The notes under the pieces are model-generated. The model ran no database searches, was not told where the DNA came from, and saw nothing but the letters and a program-made list of their open reading frames with translations. Below are positions 1 through 15,100 of a stretch of 64,000 bases of DNA, in pieces (within the stretch, counting starts at the first letter, position 1; each line of letters begins with the position of its first letter). The DNA is taken from the NCBI GenBank assembly GCA_030265395.1, contig JARFYF010000063.1, positions 43,286,235 to 43,350,234 on the forward strand, read 5' to 3'. The translations under genes were made by a program, and so were the position numbers. The DNA is from Rhina ancylostomus (lineage: Eukaryota).

Positions 1-126
1 ATTGCTAAAGAGCAAGTTGCAACAAATGCACAGGTGCGGCAGAAATTGGAAGACGCTTCTCAAAAGGCTGAGGCACAGATGCTGGAGTGCAAGGCGGCCA
101 AGGATGAAATAGAAAGAATATTGAAG
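1..126 (+). CDS. TPR: TPR exon (5' end cut by window edge)
   Basis: [42 protein letters not shown]; donor AAG|gtaagt. Confidence 0.93.
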
Positions 127-3100
127 GTAAGTAGGTTTTGAAATCGTTTGCTCAGTTGCAGGGTGTATATTTATCATTCAACAAGATTACATGACTAATC
201 TTTTTGTTTCTGAATGGAAATATCGAAACAGTCCCTGTTGATTAAATGTAGTTTGTGTCTATTCTGAATCCTGTGCCGATGACTCAATCTATTGTCGTTT
301 TTGCTTATCCTCTCCTTTGGCACTATTTAAATTAAGGTAGCATCGCCCATATTGTAATTTTTGTTCACAATACTATGCAGCCTAAGTCTGGGAAGAACAA
401 TCCATTCAGTTTCCTGCCCTGTCATCTGCAAATTATTTTCCCTTTTGAGTCTTGCCCAAATTGTTCGACTTGATGTGGTTTCTTCTTAATCTACGGGGCA
501 TTGGAAATAAGAGACCTAGAAAAGGCAATGGCCTTTGAAAATTTTGCATTAAGGCAGCTGTAGATAATACTTCAGAACACATCCTCAGCTTGTCTCATCT
601 TCTACAGTGACTGTCCTGTCTGACGGCTATTTAACAATGTGGAATTTGCTGAGTTGTATGCAGTTTGAAAAGCAGCATAAATATAAAGTAGCCCATTACT
701 GATGCATCAACAACTTGCCCAACAATGCTTTAAAGTTCTTTTGGAACTTGTGAAATAACCTAATTATGGCTTTAGATCAAATGTGGGCCCAGGTTGAATT
801 CAAGTGGAAGTGCAAGTGATGGTCCTTGACCTCAAAACTACACCTGGCTTTCTGACAGAGGAAACTTGCCATCATTTGTAAATGGAGATTGGCACAGAAG
901 CTGCTGCAGCTGCATTTATGCTCGCATAAAGAAAGATGATTGATTCATTGGTGGCCAATTATCTCCGCTCAAGGAGACATCTTTTAGGCCAGTTTTTAAA
1001 AATATTTTATTTACAGCATGGTAACAGGCCCTTCCGGCCCAACGAGTCCACACCGCCCATTTTAAACCCCAAATTAACCTNNNNNNNNNNNNNNNNNNNN
1101 NNNNNNNNNNNNNNNNNNNNNNNNNNNNNNNNNNNNNNNNNNNNNNNNNNNNNNNNNNNNNNNNNNNNNNNNNNNNNNNNTACCCGTATGTCTTTGGAAT
1201 GTGGGAGGAAACCGGAGCACCCAGAGGAAACCCATGCAGACACGGGAGAACGTACAATCTCCTTACAGGCAGCGGCTGGAATCGACCCCGGGTTGCTGGC
1301 ACTGTAATGGCGTCGTGCTAACCACTACGCTACCGTGCTGCCCCAATTTGTCAAAGAATTCCCTTCTACCTTCAGATTAATCAGTTTCTCCCTAACAGTT
1401 ACTGGAAGACTGGATATTTTGTGAGTGGCACAACCACCTCCCCAAAATCATTCATTCACATGCTTTGTGTACCATCTGCAACAATTCAGCAAGGATTGTT
1501 TGTCAGACCAAGCACTGAAAGTTGATGACCACCTGAATGTCAAGGATAACTAGTACCATGGGATCATGATGACTACCAGGTTTTGATCTGTTTTCATTTG
1601 TTCCATTTTAGGGTCTGCTAGAACCCCCATCCAGTCATTCTTCAGACTGATTACAGTTGTTTTGGAAGCTTGTTCATCACTTTCTAAAGGTCATTGAGGG
1701 ATGGACAAAAGGTGGCAATGATGTCCACATTCTGAGTTTTGTTTGCTTATGCAGACATACTTGTTAAGGTCTTGTTGGTTCAGAATTGTCCCTTTAAATA
1801 ACCATTACTGAATTTGCCAAAAATCTAATATATTTTTATCTCTCAACTTGTTCTGGATATAGTGGAAATGGAGCCATTGAATCTGTGAATTTATGAACTG
1901 CGCAGTATTTCATTAGAGTAAATTGAAAAAAGGCCAGATAAATCTCTAACATTTCAATGGAAATATTTTGTGTAGGATGAAGTTTCTAAATTGACTGCAC
2001 GCTGTGAAGATCTGCAGAAACAGAACAAACTGTTGCTTGAGCAAGTGGAGAGCCTTAGCAATAGGATGGTGACCACAGTGCAAGAAACAACTCAAAGCTC
2101 CTTCAATACATCTTTCAATGAAGAAGGAAAGTCCCAGGAACAGTTACTTGAAATTCTCAGGTAAATATAGAAAAAGTGTTGGCATTTTCATTGATATGAT
2201 AGAACTCAGTAATGTGTAGAAACTATATTTATTTCACTTTGTTAAAGTTGCCTGCATCCTATTTTTGATCAAAATTAATTTCTGTTGTCCTTGTAGGAAG
2301 TTTCATTTGTAGCATAATAAATTAGAATGTGAGAATGAATTGTTTGCATTAAGTGACATCTTTGTAACTTTTTTGATTTTCATTTTTGATTTTTTTGTTA
2401 AGATGTCTTGATTCTTAAGCCACTTCAAAGATTTTGTTCTTAGTGGGTGAAATGAAGCAAGTTTGACACTAAATATTTGTCTGATTCATCATTATCTGTT
2501 TTATTTAATATGCACATCACCCTTCTGAATCAGTGTAGTAATCATCTGAAGGCAGCTGCTTTTGCAGGTTACCCAAGAATCTCCCATCCTCTGCCTCCAC
2601 ACTACCTCCTTTTTATGCTGCTTGCAGCCATGGCATCAAGCTCCACCTGTAAGCTAATGTTGCCCTGCTGTGTTTTCTGTCATTCTTTAGCTGTTATTGT
2701 TATTTGAAGTTCATATTTGGAAAAGCTACAACTCCCTTTAGTTGAACATTATTGGGAAGAAGGAATCCATTTTCTTGAGCTAAATACCCTTATTGCTGAT
2801 TCCATTCCCATCTCCAGCAATGCCTCGGGCTGTACCAGATTGTGCAAACTATAAGCATCTTATTCTACCCAAAGCCCAATTCTGTTAAATTTCTGTACAG
2901 TCTGTTACAAAGATCCACTCCTTACATGGTATGCCACAACCCATCTGCCACTGAAGCCCATTTTTAGAAAGGGCCTCCACTGTCCAGATTCCATTCTGAA
3001 GTTCGTAATACCCTGCACCAACTCCCATTCTTCCATTGCCTCTGACTTGCTAATCCATAACCTACTCCGCTAAAATCTCTGATGTTAAAATTTTCAGCTT

Positions 3101-6100
3101 GCTGTTTAACTCTCCACCTCCACCATACACACCTATGCCTGCCATAAATTTCACCTCTTGGTCTGGCTTTTACACCGACCTTCACCATTTGTTACCTTCA
3201 GCTTTCTGCCCTTCCACCCTCTTTAGCTGATTTGTTTCTGTGAAATATCTTGAAAAATATTTTCAATATTTTTATTAATTTCAAATAAGAAGTACAAAAT
3301 GCATGAAACGAAAAAAATTGCAAAATAGATTATATTGAATCAAACTAAAAATCACAATACTTCATATCGATAAACAAAAAAAAATCAATTTTGATATTGA
3401 TAAGTTGGAATAATTTTATTACTAAAGAAAATCTAACCCCACTACCAAAGCCAAAGCTGTTTAATAACATCATGAAAACATAATAGTATTGGCCAATGTC
3501 TGTATAGTGAGCACCAAATCAGTGATTTTGAAAGTAGTTCAGAAAAGGTCCCCATAATATTTGAAAGCTCAAAATAGATCCAGAAATAGAGCAACGGATC
3601 TTCTTTAAATTTAGATATGACATAACATTCCCATAACCATTGAGTATGAGTGGGAGGAATAGTTTCCTTCCATTTAAGCAATACAGTTCTCCTGGCTATC
3701 AGAGCAATGAAGGCCAATATGTGCAAGTCGGAAGTCTCCAAAATTATATCCTTTTCTCCAACGATCCTAAATAATGCAGTTAAAGGATTTGGCTTAAAAT
3801 TTATTTTAAAAAAAAAGTACGGAAAAGGTTTGAAATACTTCTATCCAGAATTTTTCCAAACTCGGACATGACCAAAACATGGATTAAAGAGGCCTCTCCA
3901 TTATTGCATTTGTCACAATAAGGAGATATATCTGAATNNNNNNNNNNNNNNNNNNNNNNNNNNNNNNNNNNNNNNNNNNNNNNNNNNNNNNNNNNNNNNN
4001 NNNNNNNNNNNNNNNNNNNNNNNNNNNNNNNNNNNNNCCTCTCCAAATGTTCATAAATCCTGCCTCTCAGGATCTTCTCCATCAGCTTACCAACCACTGA
4101 GGTAAGACTCACCGATCTATAATTCCTTGGGCTATCCCTACTCCCCTTCTTGAATAAGGGAACAATATCCACAAACCTCCAACCATCCGGAACCACTTCT
4201 GTCTCCATCAATGACACAAAGATCATCGTCAGAGGCTCCGCAATCTCTTCCCTTGCATCCCACAGCAACCTGGGGTACACCTCATCCAGTCCCGGCGACT
4301 TATCCAACCTGATGCTTTCCAAAAGTTTCAGCCCCTCCCCTTTCCTAATATCTACATGCTCAAGCTTTTCAGCCCGTTGCAAGTCCCCACTACAATCCCC
4401 CAGATCTTTTTCCACAGTGAATACTGATGTAAAGTATTTATTAAACACCTCCATTATTTCTTCTGGGTCAATACACACTTTCCCACCGCTGCACTTGACA
4501 GGCTCTATTCTTTCGCATCTCATCCTCTTGCTCTTCACATATTTATAGAACACCTTGGGGTTTTCCTTAATCCTGCCCGCCAAGGCCTTCTCATGTCCCC
4601 TTCTGGCTCTCCTAATCTCCTTCTTAAACTCCTTCCGTTTAGCCTTATACTCTTCCAGATCTCTAGCATTACCCAGCTCTCTGTACCCTTTGTAAGCTTT
4701 TCTTTTCCTTTTGACTAGATCTATTATAACCTTCATACACCATTGTTCCTGTACCCTCTCATGACTCCCCCGTCTCATCAGAACATGTTTATGCAGAACT
4801 CCACACAAATATCCCCTGAATATTCGCCACATGTCTTCCATACTTTTCCCAGAGAACGTCTGTTCCCAATTTAAACTTTCAATTTCCTGCCTGAGAGTCT
4901 CATAATTCCCTTTACTCAAAGTTAACGCTTTTCTAGTCTGTCTGTTCCTATCTCTCTCCAGTGCTAATGTAAAGGAGATAGAATTATGATCACTATCACC
5001 AAAATGTTCACCCACTGAGAGATCTGACACCTGACCAGGTTCAGTTTCCAATACCAAATCAAGCACAGCCTCTCCTCTTGTAGGCCTATCTACATATTGT
5101 GTCTTTCTTTTTCTTTTTCAATATTTTTATTAATTTCAAATAAGAAGTACAAAGTGCATGAAACAGGAAAATATATTACAAAATAGATTATATTGAATCA
5201 CACTAGAAATCACAATGCTTCATATTGATAAACATCAATTGATATTGATAAATTGTAATAATTTGATTATATAAAAAATCTAACTCCACTACCAAAACCA
5301 AAGCTGTTTAATAACATCATAAAAACATAGTGGTATTGGCCAATGTCTGTACAGTGAGCACCAAATCAGTGATTTTGAAGGTAGTTCAGAAAAGGTCCCC
5401 ATAATATTTAGAAGTTCAAAATAGATCCAGAAATAGAGCAACTGATCTTCTCTAAATTTAGATATGACATAACATCTCGTAACCATTGAGTATGAGTGGG
5501 AGGAATAATTTCCTTCCATTTAAGCAATACAGCTCTCCTAGCTATAAGAGAAATGAAGGCCAATATGTGTAAGTTGGAAGTCTCCAAAATTATATCTTTC
5601 TCCAATGATCCCAAACAATGCAGTTAAAGGATTTGGCTTAAAATTTATTTTAAAACATATGGAAAAAGTTTGAAATACTCCTATCCAGAATTTTTCTAAA
5701 CTCGGACATGACCAAAACATATGGATTAAAGAGACCTCTCCATTATTGCATTTGTCACAATAAGGAGATATATCTGAATAGAAACGCGATAACTTGTCTT
5801 TGGAAAGGTGGACTCTGTGGACCACTTTGTTGAAGGAGGGAGTGACGCGCACATAATGATGAAGTATTAACCAGTTTAAAAATTTGATTCCAGGTTTCCT
5901 TTTCCAGGAACTTTTTGAAAGTGGGGAATTACCATAAATTGTCAGCAAAAATTACTGTTTTATATCTTTAATGTTTTGTATCACAACAAGCTGTGTAAAC
6001 CAGGTGCTTTATTTGGATAAAGCCTACTGTACTACATCTCAGAGTAATTTGATGCCCAGACTTTCCATTAGTGTAAAAGATCAATCTCTTCTTCCCAGTT

Positions 6101-9100
6101 GTTATTCTTCAGAACACCCACTTTTGCTCATTCACAGTTTAATCAGGTCTACTGGATGCCTTCAATTTATAGTCAAGTTATGCTATTTAGGGATTTGCCA
6201 CAAGTTTATCTTAACATTCCTGAATGTACACATTGACCCATCAGCTTTTGTAGAATTTATTGTTGGGGACCACCTTATTTTTGCCAACAATTCTGCCTTC
6301 AGCCTTCACCTGAAGAGAGAATGAAGGTGCAAAAGAAAAAAGCACATGTTTTTAAGAAGAAAAAATCATGATGTTAAACATTTTATCCAAATCTGCATTC
6401 CACAGGTTTGTGCGACGAGAAAGAGAAATTGCAGAAACAAGGTTTGAAGTTGCCCAGGTTGAGGCTCTACGCTATCGTCAGCGAGTGGAGAATTTGGAGA
6501 GAGAACTGAAGGAGGTGCAGGACAGTCTCAACTCTGAAAGGGAAAAGGTCCAGGTAAATGTACTAGCTTTAATTCAGAATATCTTCAGGGATATAAACTT
6601 GGGCAAATGATGTGCTTTTGAACAATGGAGGTTATAGTTATGACTGCAAATTACACGTTCCAATTATTGCTTCCTTATGGCTCTCTTTGTTTAAGTGTTT
6701 TTAACAAATGACTTTTTGACTGGACAATTTGCTTTACGACTTAAATATTTTTGAACAGGTAACTGCCAAAACACTGGCACAACATGATGAGTTGATGAAG
6801 AAGACAGAGACTATGAATGTTCTAATTGAGACTAATAAGATGCTGAGAGATGAGAAAGAAAGGTTGGAGCAAGAACTCCAACAATCACGGGCAAAGGTCA
6901 GTATATCTTCCAAGATAAATGTTTTGTGATGTGAGGGAATTAGTTGGGTTATAAGATTGATGATGGTTATTATGATATTTAAGTAAAACGATCAAGTCAT
7001 TTCAATCTGCCATTCAGGTAGGGTTTGCAGATTGTAAGAGCTGATTGGCATACAGTATGTTGCCCGGTATTCTAAAGCCATTACCTGCCTAAACTTGGCT
7101 AGAAATAGCGAAGGTTAAGCAGGTAATAGTTGTAGAATACCAGGCAGTGCATTGCCATTATCAGGTTTGCTCTTTGAAATTGTGCTGAGATCTTTTGCGT
7201 GAAGACAAGGCCTTAATATAACTCGTTGGAAAGAGCACAGTCGGGGTATCAAATCAGATCTAGGCCTTTAACGTTTGTTTCTATGTATAACCTTTAAATG
7301 AATCAAGAAAAAGAATATTTTTAGGCAGCACTAACGAAATGGAAGTAGAATGATGTTTGTTACATAATTCTTAGATTCGTAAGCTAGAGTCTGACATCCT
7401 ACCCCTTCAAGAATCCAACACTGAGCTCAGTGAGAAAAGTGGTATGTTGCAAGCAGAGAAGAAATTGTTGGATGAAGATCTCAAACGCTGGAAGGCCCGT
7501 GCCCAGGTATGGCTAATTTCCTTAAATTTTGCTTGGTGAGCTCATTACATTTCAAGGTTCAGTAGCTCATTGCCATTTGTGTTACTTTTGGCCGAGGAGC
7601 CCAAATTAGCTACAAGTGCGGCTGAGCTACAAGCTACATTTGCATTCTCATCCAAGTTATTAATATAACAGGGAACCCAGCAGTGATCCCTGCAGTACAA
7701 CACAATTTGGATTTTTTTTCCTGTAAATATAATCTAATTTGTAATTATTTGCTTGAAGGTTTTGGGAAATAATAATTAAAGCTTGCTCATGTCACTCACT
7801 GCACATTTGAAACTTGGACCAATAAATATTACCAAATTACCTTTGTATTTTAGCAATTAATCAGTCAGCAGAAGGAGACTGACCCTGATGAGTACAAGAA
7901 ACTGATATCAGAGAAAGATACAAATACCAAACGTATTCAACAACTAACTGAAGAAACTGGCAAACTGAAAACTGAAGTTGCTAGGTAAGCAAATTTGCCA
8001 TGTACATGTGATGTTGAAGCAATACCAGTTGAAATTCTTTGAAGTGCTTTGGGTGAGGGATTTTGATGAATTATGGTGGTCCAATTATTTAAGCAAAGGA
8101 GAATAAATAAATACCTGGAGTCTGAGTAAGTGTAGTGATGCAACCAGAAAATGAAATGGATTGGTGGAAGTCTGTAAACATAAGCAGAAAGTTGGAAATG
8201 CCAAGCACCCCTTGTGCGTCAGCCAAGCAACAGTCAGTTTTCTGCCTTCTGGTTTTCTTTCCTTCCAGCACAGATCTTCCAGTTAGGTTCTCTTCTTGGG
8301 CACAATTTCTCTGGCTCTTCTGTTCTTCCAGATTGGCTTATCTGTTTTTCCCACACTCTCCTACCCTAATTGGCATATAATAAAACTTCTGTGCTAATGA
8401 CTAATGGGCTAGCTGCAGTGCCTGTGCTTCAGACTTGTGCCTGTACACTGCAGCATTAAAATAAGGTGGTTGTGCATTTCATCCCTCATTATGCTTCTGA
8501 GCCCCCATTTAGTCTAGGAACTGTCTGCAAGTTGCTGATCCAGAGCCAAGGACACTTATCTTACCCCTCAGCTTAATGCCAGCCATTATTGATGGATATT
8601 TATTTGAAGGGTTTGCTAAATTTTGTTAGCTCTTAAGGTAACTTTTCTTTGGTTTTTGCTGTTTCATGTTTTTTGAGGTTCAATTTTTTTTCAACTGTTG
8701 AACAGTTTGAGACATGTTTACGACATGTGGAAACAGTGAAGAGGTCTACTGGCAGCACAAGATGTCACAAGGCTATCACACTGGTCTGAGGGCCTAGTCG
8801 CTGCTTGCACTCCTTGTGGAATGACAATAGAATAACTGACAGTTGTTGGAACCTGCAAGAAAGAGAGATGCTAAATATAAAATTTATAATCAGCGTTAAT
8901 TTACAGGAATCCACATTTGCTTAGTGTTGATTTTCCTTAACAACTTGTTAAAGCATTTGGGTAAACAATTGGTGCACTTCTTTCCCCTTCCTATTTTTTT
9001 AAAAACTCACATTAAATAGAGGAAATTTAAATCAAAATTGTGTTACAAGACCAACTTGACACAGTATTGTAATTTTAAAATGGTTGACTATTGAATGCTG

Positions 9101-12100
9101 CTTTGTTTATAGACTGAATGCGTCGTCCTCTGTATCACAACGTGATGTACAGACATTGAAGACTGAACTCACCAGAGTGTCTGTTGATCGGGATAAACTA
9201 AAACAGGAAATGATGGCAAGGGTGGCAGATATCCAAGAAAAGAACAAAACTATCACCCAGGTTAAAAAGATTGGTCGTAGATACAAGACTCAGTATGAGG
9301 AGCTGAAAGCGCAGTATGATAAGGTAAATTGTGAAGAATTATTAAATAGAAATATTTATGCAATCTGCGATTGTTCCATCAATCAAATACTAATTTTCTG
9401 ATCTTTCAAGATATTTCATTTCAATCCCTTTTTACACATTACTTGTAAATTGTGACTACCCCAATTTAGTTCATTACATATTTTCCCCCTCCACAGTAAG
9501 AGTTGATCTCCTTGACATAACACTTCCTGCTCTCATAGATCATTGTGGGGGACAAAAAGGCCTTTTTAACAGTGGAGGGAAGGTAGTCTTGTTCCATAAT
9601 GACAGGAAAACTGTAATTTGAATTGAGCTCTCCCTTTTTATTTCCAAATTAATGTTTTGATTTTGCTATTTTCCTACTGGCATATTAAGTTGAAGACCAA
9701 AGATTCCAACATCAAACTTCTTTAGTCCCAGTTCACTGTTTAACTTCTATTATCTGTTTCTGAAACATTCTTGCAGTTTTAGCCCACTGTTCAAGTTGAA
9801 AACATGAATAGAATGAAAACTGTAGTGATAACTGTTGTTAATAATATATATAAATATTAAAAGTTAAACTGGTTGGCAATAGGTATTTTAACACTTGGAT
9901 CCATAACTCTTGCAAATGCTTGTCCAGAGTTAAATGTGGATGATTCAAAACTTCAATGCAAACAAGTAAAATTAAAGACATTCTTTTCCACCAGAATCTC
10001 CAAACTAGTGCAGTTCCATTATCCATGGTGCTTATTGTAGCAGAACCTCCAAACCCAGCATTTGTACAATCTAGTATATCAGTTTGATCACAAGGCAAGT
10101 TTAAAACCCAAATCCGATCTACCACCAAAACAGCCAATTTTCAACTGGTCTGCATTGTCCACTTCCACCTTTTTTATCTTGCATAACCACGCCCCACCCA
10201 AAAAAAACATGCAGCTAGTGGAGCTGATGCCTCATGGCTCCAAGTGACCTGGATTCATTCCTAATCTCTGGTGCTGTCTGCGTGGAGTTTTACATGTTTT
10301 CCCTGTGTCAGCATGGGTTTCCTCCATTTGCTCCAGTTTCTTCCCACATCCCAAAGACTCAGGAGTTGGTAGATTAATTGGCCCCTATGAATTGCCCCTC
10401 GTGTAGGTGACTGGTAGAATCTGAAGGTAGTCGATGGAAATGTCATAGAATCATTGTCATGCAGCAGAGAAACAGGTCCTTCAGGCTACCATGTCCATGC
10501 CGACCTTTTTGGAATAAAATGGGTTAGGGTAGCTTTGTGTAAAAAGTGCTTTGTAACTGGTGTGGGCTGAAGGGCCTTTCTCCATGCTGTATCTCTGACT
10601 GACGTGCCTTAATCCTTGAGACCAATCACCTCCTGGCTTGGCTTCTTCATATCTTCAGTACTGGTCCAAGTCCTGAATTTGGAGTCATAAATTTGTACAG
10701 CATAGAAATGGGCCCTTTGGCCTATCACCATCATTGCTTATCCATACTAATCCCATTTGCCTGGTCAGGCCCTGGGGATTTAACCACCTTTTAAGCACAT
10801 CAGGACCTCCAACAACACCTTCATAACATTGAAATGCTCCAGAATATCCCTGTTCCCTCCCCTGAACTCACGAGCTTCCATGTCCTTCTCCATGGTAAGA
10901 CCACCCAATTCCCATGGCTCCACACACAGATTACGATATTAATCCTTAAAGGGACCTGCTCTCTTCCTAGCTACCTTTTACTCTGAACATAGAACCTTTT
11001 AGGATTCTTTATCTTGGCTGCCAGGGATATCTCATTCCTTCTCCCCTCCTCTCCCCCTCATTTGGTATTAGTTTATTAAAGTCACTTGTACTGAGAAACA
11101 GTGAAAAATATGCAGATGCTATAGTTTGTTTCTTGCATAACGTTCACACTGATCAATTCATTACACAGTGCATTGAGAATACAGAATAAAGTGTCACAGC
11201 TACAGGGAAGTGCATTGCAGGTAATTAATAAGGTGCAAGGCCATAATAAGGTAGATTGTGAGCTCAAGAGTCCTTCTCATCTCTCAGACCCCTCATCTGG
11301 ATCCACCTATCACCTGCCAGCTCTTGCTCCACCTCTTCCCTCCACCTTTTTATANNNNNNNNNNNNNNNNNNNNNNNNNNNNNNNNNNNNNNNNNNNNNN
11401 NNNNNNNNNNNNNNNNNNNNNNNNNNNNNNNNNNNNNNNNNNNNNNNNNNNNNNCATCTCTCAGACCCCTCATCTGGATCCACCTATCACCTGCCAGCTC
11501 TTGCTCCACCTCTTCCCTCCACCTTTTTATACTAGCTGTCTCCCCTCTTTCAGTCCAGATGAAGGGTCTTGATCCAAAACATTAATTGGCTGTTTCTCTC
11601 AAAAGATGTTGCTTGACCCACTGAGTTCCTCCAGCATTTTGTGTGTTATTCCAGATTCCAGCATCTGCAGTCTCTTGTGTCTCAGGAATATCTCATGGCC
11701 CGGTTCTGCCCTCCTAATTTCCTCAAGTGTAATTCTACACCCCTTGTACTCCACGGGATTTGCTTGTTCCCAGCTGCCTATACCTGACATATGCTCCTTT
11801 TTTCATGACCATTTCCTCATAATCCCTTGTCAACCAAGGTTGCCTAATCTTACCAGATCTTACCTAATCTTGCCCTTCACTCTACCAGGAACATGCTGGC
11901 CCTGAACATTTGCTCATTCACTTTTAAAATTTACTAGTCCTTCACACCTCCTTTTGTCAAAGCAAAACACTATGGATGTTGGACTGTTTACTCTGCTCAT
12001 TCACTTTTAAAATTTACTAGTCCTTCGCACCTCTTTTTGTCAAAGCAAAACACTATGGATGTTGGACTGTTTACTCTACCTGTGCTCCATGTCCCCAACT

Positions 12101-15100
12101 CAAGCTTGATCACTCTTCCTAAGTTATCTGCTGGTTGGTGTCAGGTTTCATCATTGAAGTACTTCAGTGAATGTTATTATGTTAAAAGCATAAGTGATAG
12201 CTTTAAGAGGGCTATGTACATTGTTTTATTAAATCTTTTTTTGACAAAACTTTTGCCCTGCCTTCCAGATGGTTGCAGAGACTTCTTCTCAACGTTCAGC
12301 AGATCAACAAGCAGAACAATCCTCTGCTCAAGCCACACAGGATTTGCAAGAAGCCTTGGCTCAGTCTGAATCTAGAGCTAAGGCATTGGAGTCTCAGGCT
12401 GAAGCTCTGCAGAAGGTAAGGTCACAGTGTAATTACTAGCCATCTTGGTAAGATTGTCTTGAAATTATGGACTTTATCTGAACATGAGATCAAAATTTTA
12501 TCAGGATACATAGTTTGCGGTGCAAATGTATAAGTTGGTAGTATTGAACATAATAAGAAGGAAGCCAAATGTCTCTTCTAGTCTGAGGCACCCACTACCA
12601 CCTGCTACCAGTGAAGCTGCTTGTCAGTTTTCTTGAGTAAGCATTGGGTTGTGTCTCCCATCCCAGCAAGCAACAGAAGCTGCGGCTAATTTTGTGACAA
12701 AATCGGAGACAGGAATACCTGCCTTGCTGCATGGTGGTGATTATTACCAACACGTTGTGTCAGTTTCGGGTACACTGGATATGCATGAGACTGGCATCAA
12801 GCAAAGGCTGCCTTTTAGTTTTTGTCTCCAGATGAAGGCAAGATGTAATTTGGTGTTTCAGAGGTTGAAATTTGCCAGTGATACTGATGTTTCAGTGCAT
12901 CTGGAAGTTGCAGAATTAAAAGCTGGCAAACCATATATGGCATCCAGAAGTTAGTAAAGATTTAGGATAAGCTTATAGTTAATGCAATAGGGGATCTACT
13001 AAATGACCTGTTAAACTTCTTCCACTCACATGATAATTGAATCATTTGTCTTTCACTGCCACTTGGTCTGTCTGTTTTAAGGCTCTTGACTTGCTCAGGT
13101 CTTACTTGCACTGGGCATTATGGGTTCATAGAGCCCCTCCCTCTCGCCACTATTCCACGCTATGAATTTGGATGGATTTTTCAGTGAGTCAAGGAAATAG
13201 GTGAGGGGGAGGTGGGGGTGGAATTGCTCTGAGAGCTGGCATAGACTGGATGGACTGAATGCTCTCTTCTCCACTGAGTTGAGGAGAAAAACATAATACA
13301 ATTCTATTGAAATCTTCTAAGCTACCCTGAAATGGGGCCTTCATTCTGAAAATGAACATTTTTAAGTTATTAGTTTAAGATTCAGAGATGTCTAATTAAA
13401 GTCTATTCTGTGCCAAATAAAGAATATTTGTATGTTAGTGCAGCAGCACTTGAGGATCTCACTGTCGATGGCCTGAATAAATTTAGTTGTCGTAAATATT
13501 TGGGAAAAATCTGACAGGATCGTCAGTGTACGTATATTAAGAAAAACAAAGGAAATCGTATTTGACTAGACTGATCCAGTGAATGTTACGTACATGACAT
13601 GGGATGTCATAAACACAAAATCAGGTTAGCTAGGAGCTTTTCTACATGAACATCATTTGTACATTTGAATTCCAAAACCAAATATAATGAGCTACAGGAA
13701 GATTTTTAAAAAGGCACTTGCAAAGGAGCCAAACAATGGCAAAAATTTCAAGTGCTCTGCATGCAGATAATAACCCCCAAAAAGGGACTGTCATATAAAT
13801 TGGGGAAAATATTGTGCATGGAAAGCAACAGATCCAGGAATGACACTCGTATACTACGGTTGTTGGAAATTTAAATAAAAACAGTTCCAAATTAATGCCT
13901 GGAGATAATGCCGCCTTTTTCTCTAAGAAATATCAACATTCTGATTGACATGATTTGAGACTGTCACAATTGTGTTTGGTAGCAATTAAGCAAATCAGTT
14001 GATGGAATAGATTAAGAGGCCACTACTGGAATGAAAGATTGGACCAATCATTGATGCTTCTGTGCTTGTCTCTTTTTTTTATTTGGACTGACAGATGAAA
14101 ATCACTTGCTGCGTTGGGTAAAGAACTCCATTGTTATTGACCCAATAAGTTTGCATATGCTTAATCAATATATGCTAACATTTCATTGGGGGGGGGGTAA
14201 TCTTGTACATGCAGCCTGTTGAACAATTACAACTTCTGTTTTCTGTAATTTTTTCAGTCTGTTAGTGAGAAGGAATCTGAAGTTAAAAAACTACAGGATG
14301 AAGTAACCCAGTTGCAAGGTGAACTTTCCCGCCTGCGTCAGGAACTGCAGGAGAAAGCAAACCTCGAAGAACAGCTTCGGCAGCAGATTCTAGAGAAAGA
14401 GGAGAAGACCAAAAAAGCAATATTGGTTGCCAAACAGAAGATAACACAGTTAGCTGGTCAGTCATTTTTTTTAAACAAATGCATTACATAATGAATGGAA
14501 AAATTAACTGTAGAAAAGAACAGATTACTAGAATTTGAGTTTGTACCTATGATTGTTTAGTGTATATTTCTGTGCAGCTCATCAGTACAAGAGTTGTTCA
14601 TGCACTCCTGGAAATATTGCTTATATCTCAGCTTATTATTTGAGCTTTTTTCTTTAGACAGAAATGAATGCAGAGTAATGATATTTTACTTATGGTTCAA
14701 GTATTTAGTAGGATTTGAAATTAGGCTGGTTGGATTGTTTTAGGTTTGAAGGAGCAATTGGCAAAAGAGAATGAAGAGTTAAAGCAGCACAATGAAGAGT
14801 TTAAGCAGCGTGTCACTAGCTTAGATCAACAAAGAGAGGAGCTGGAGGTACGCATGAGTGCGCTCAAATCACAGTATGATGGTCACATTACTCGACTTAA
14901 ACGAGAGCTGAAAGAACACCAGGAACGACAGCATGAACAACGTGAGGAACCACAAGAACTAACTATTAAGGTACGTGGAGAAAGAATTGGGGGACTAGAA
15001 AAATTCAATGTAATTTGCAAAATTGGAAAGGGAATCTTGATGCTCTATGCCTTTTTATAATAGGATAAAAGAATATGTCTGCTTTTTTTGAGGTACTCAT

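Noticed and set aside
3801-5066. 421-aa ORF as a single gene
   Set aside because: Chimera of CR1 ORF2 and an L1-like fragment joined through Ns.
11277-11532. Direct repeats flanking 100-N gaps (also 27956-28180, 30734-30955, 32082-32200)
   Set aside because: Identical sequence on both sides of fixed-size gaps is typical of unresolved contig overlaps, not biological repeats.
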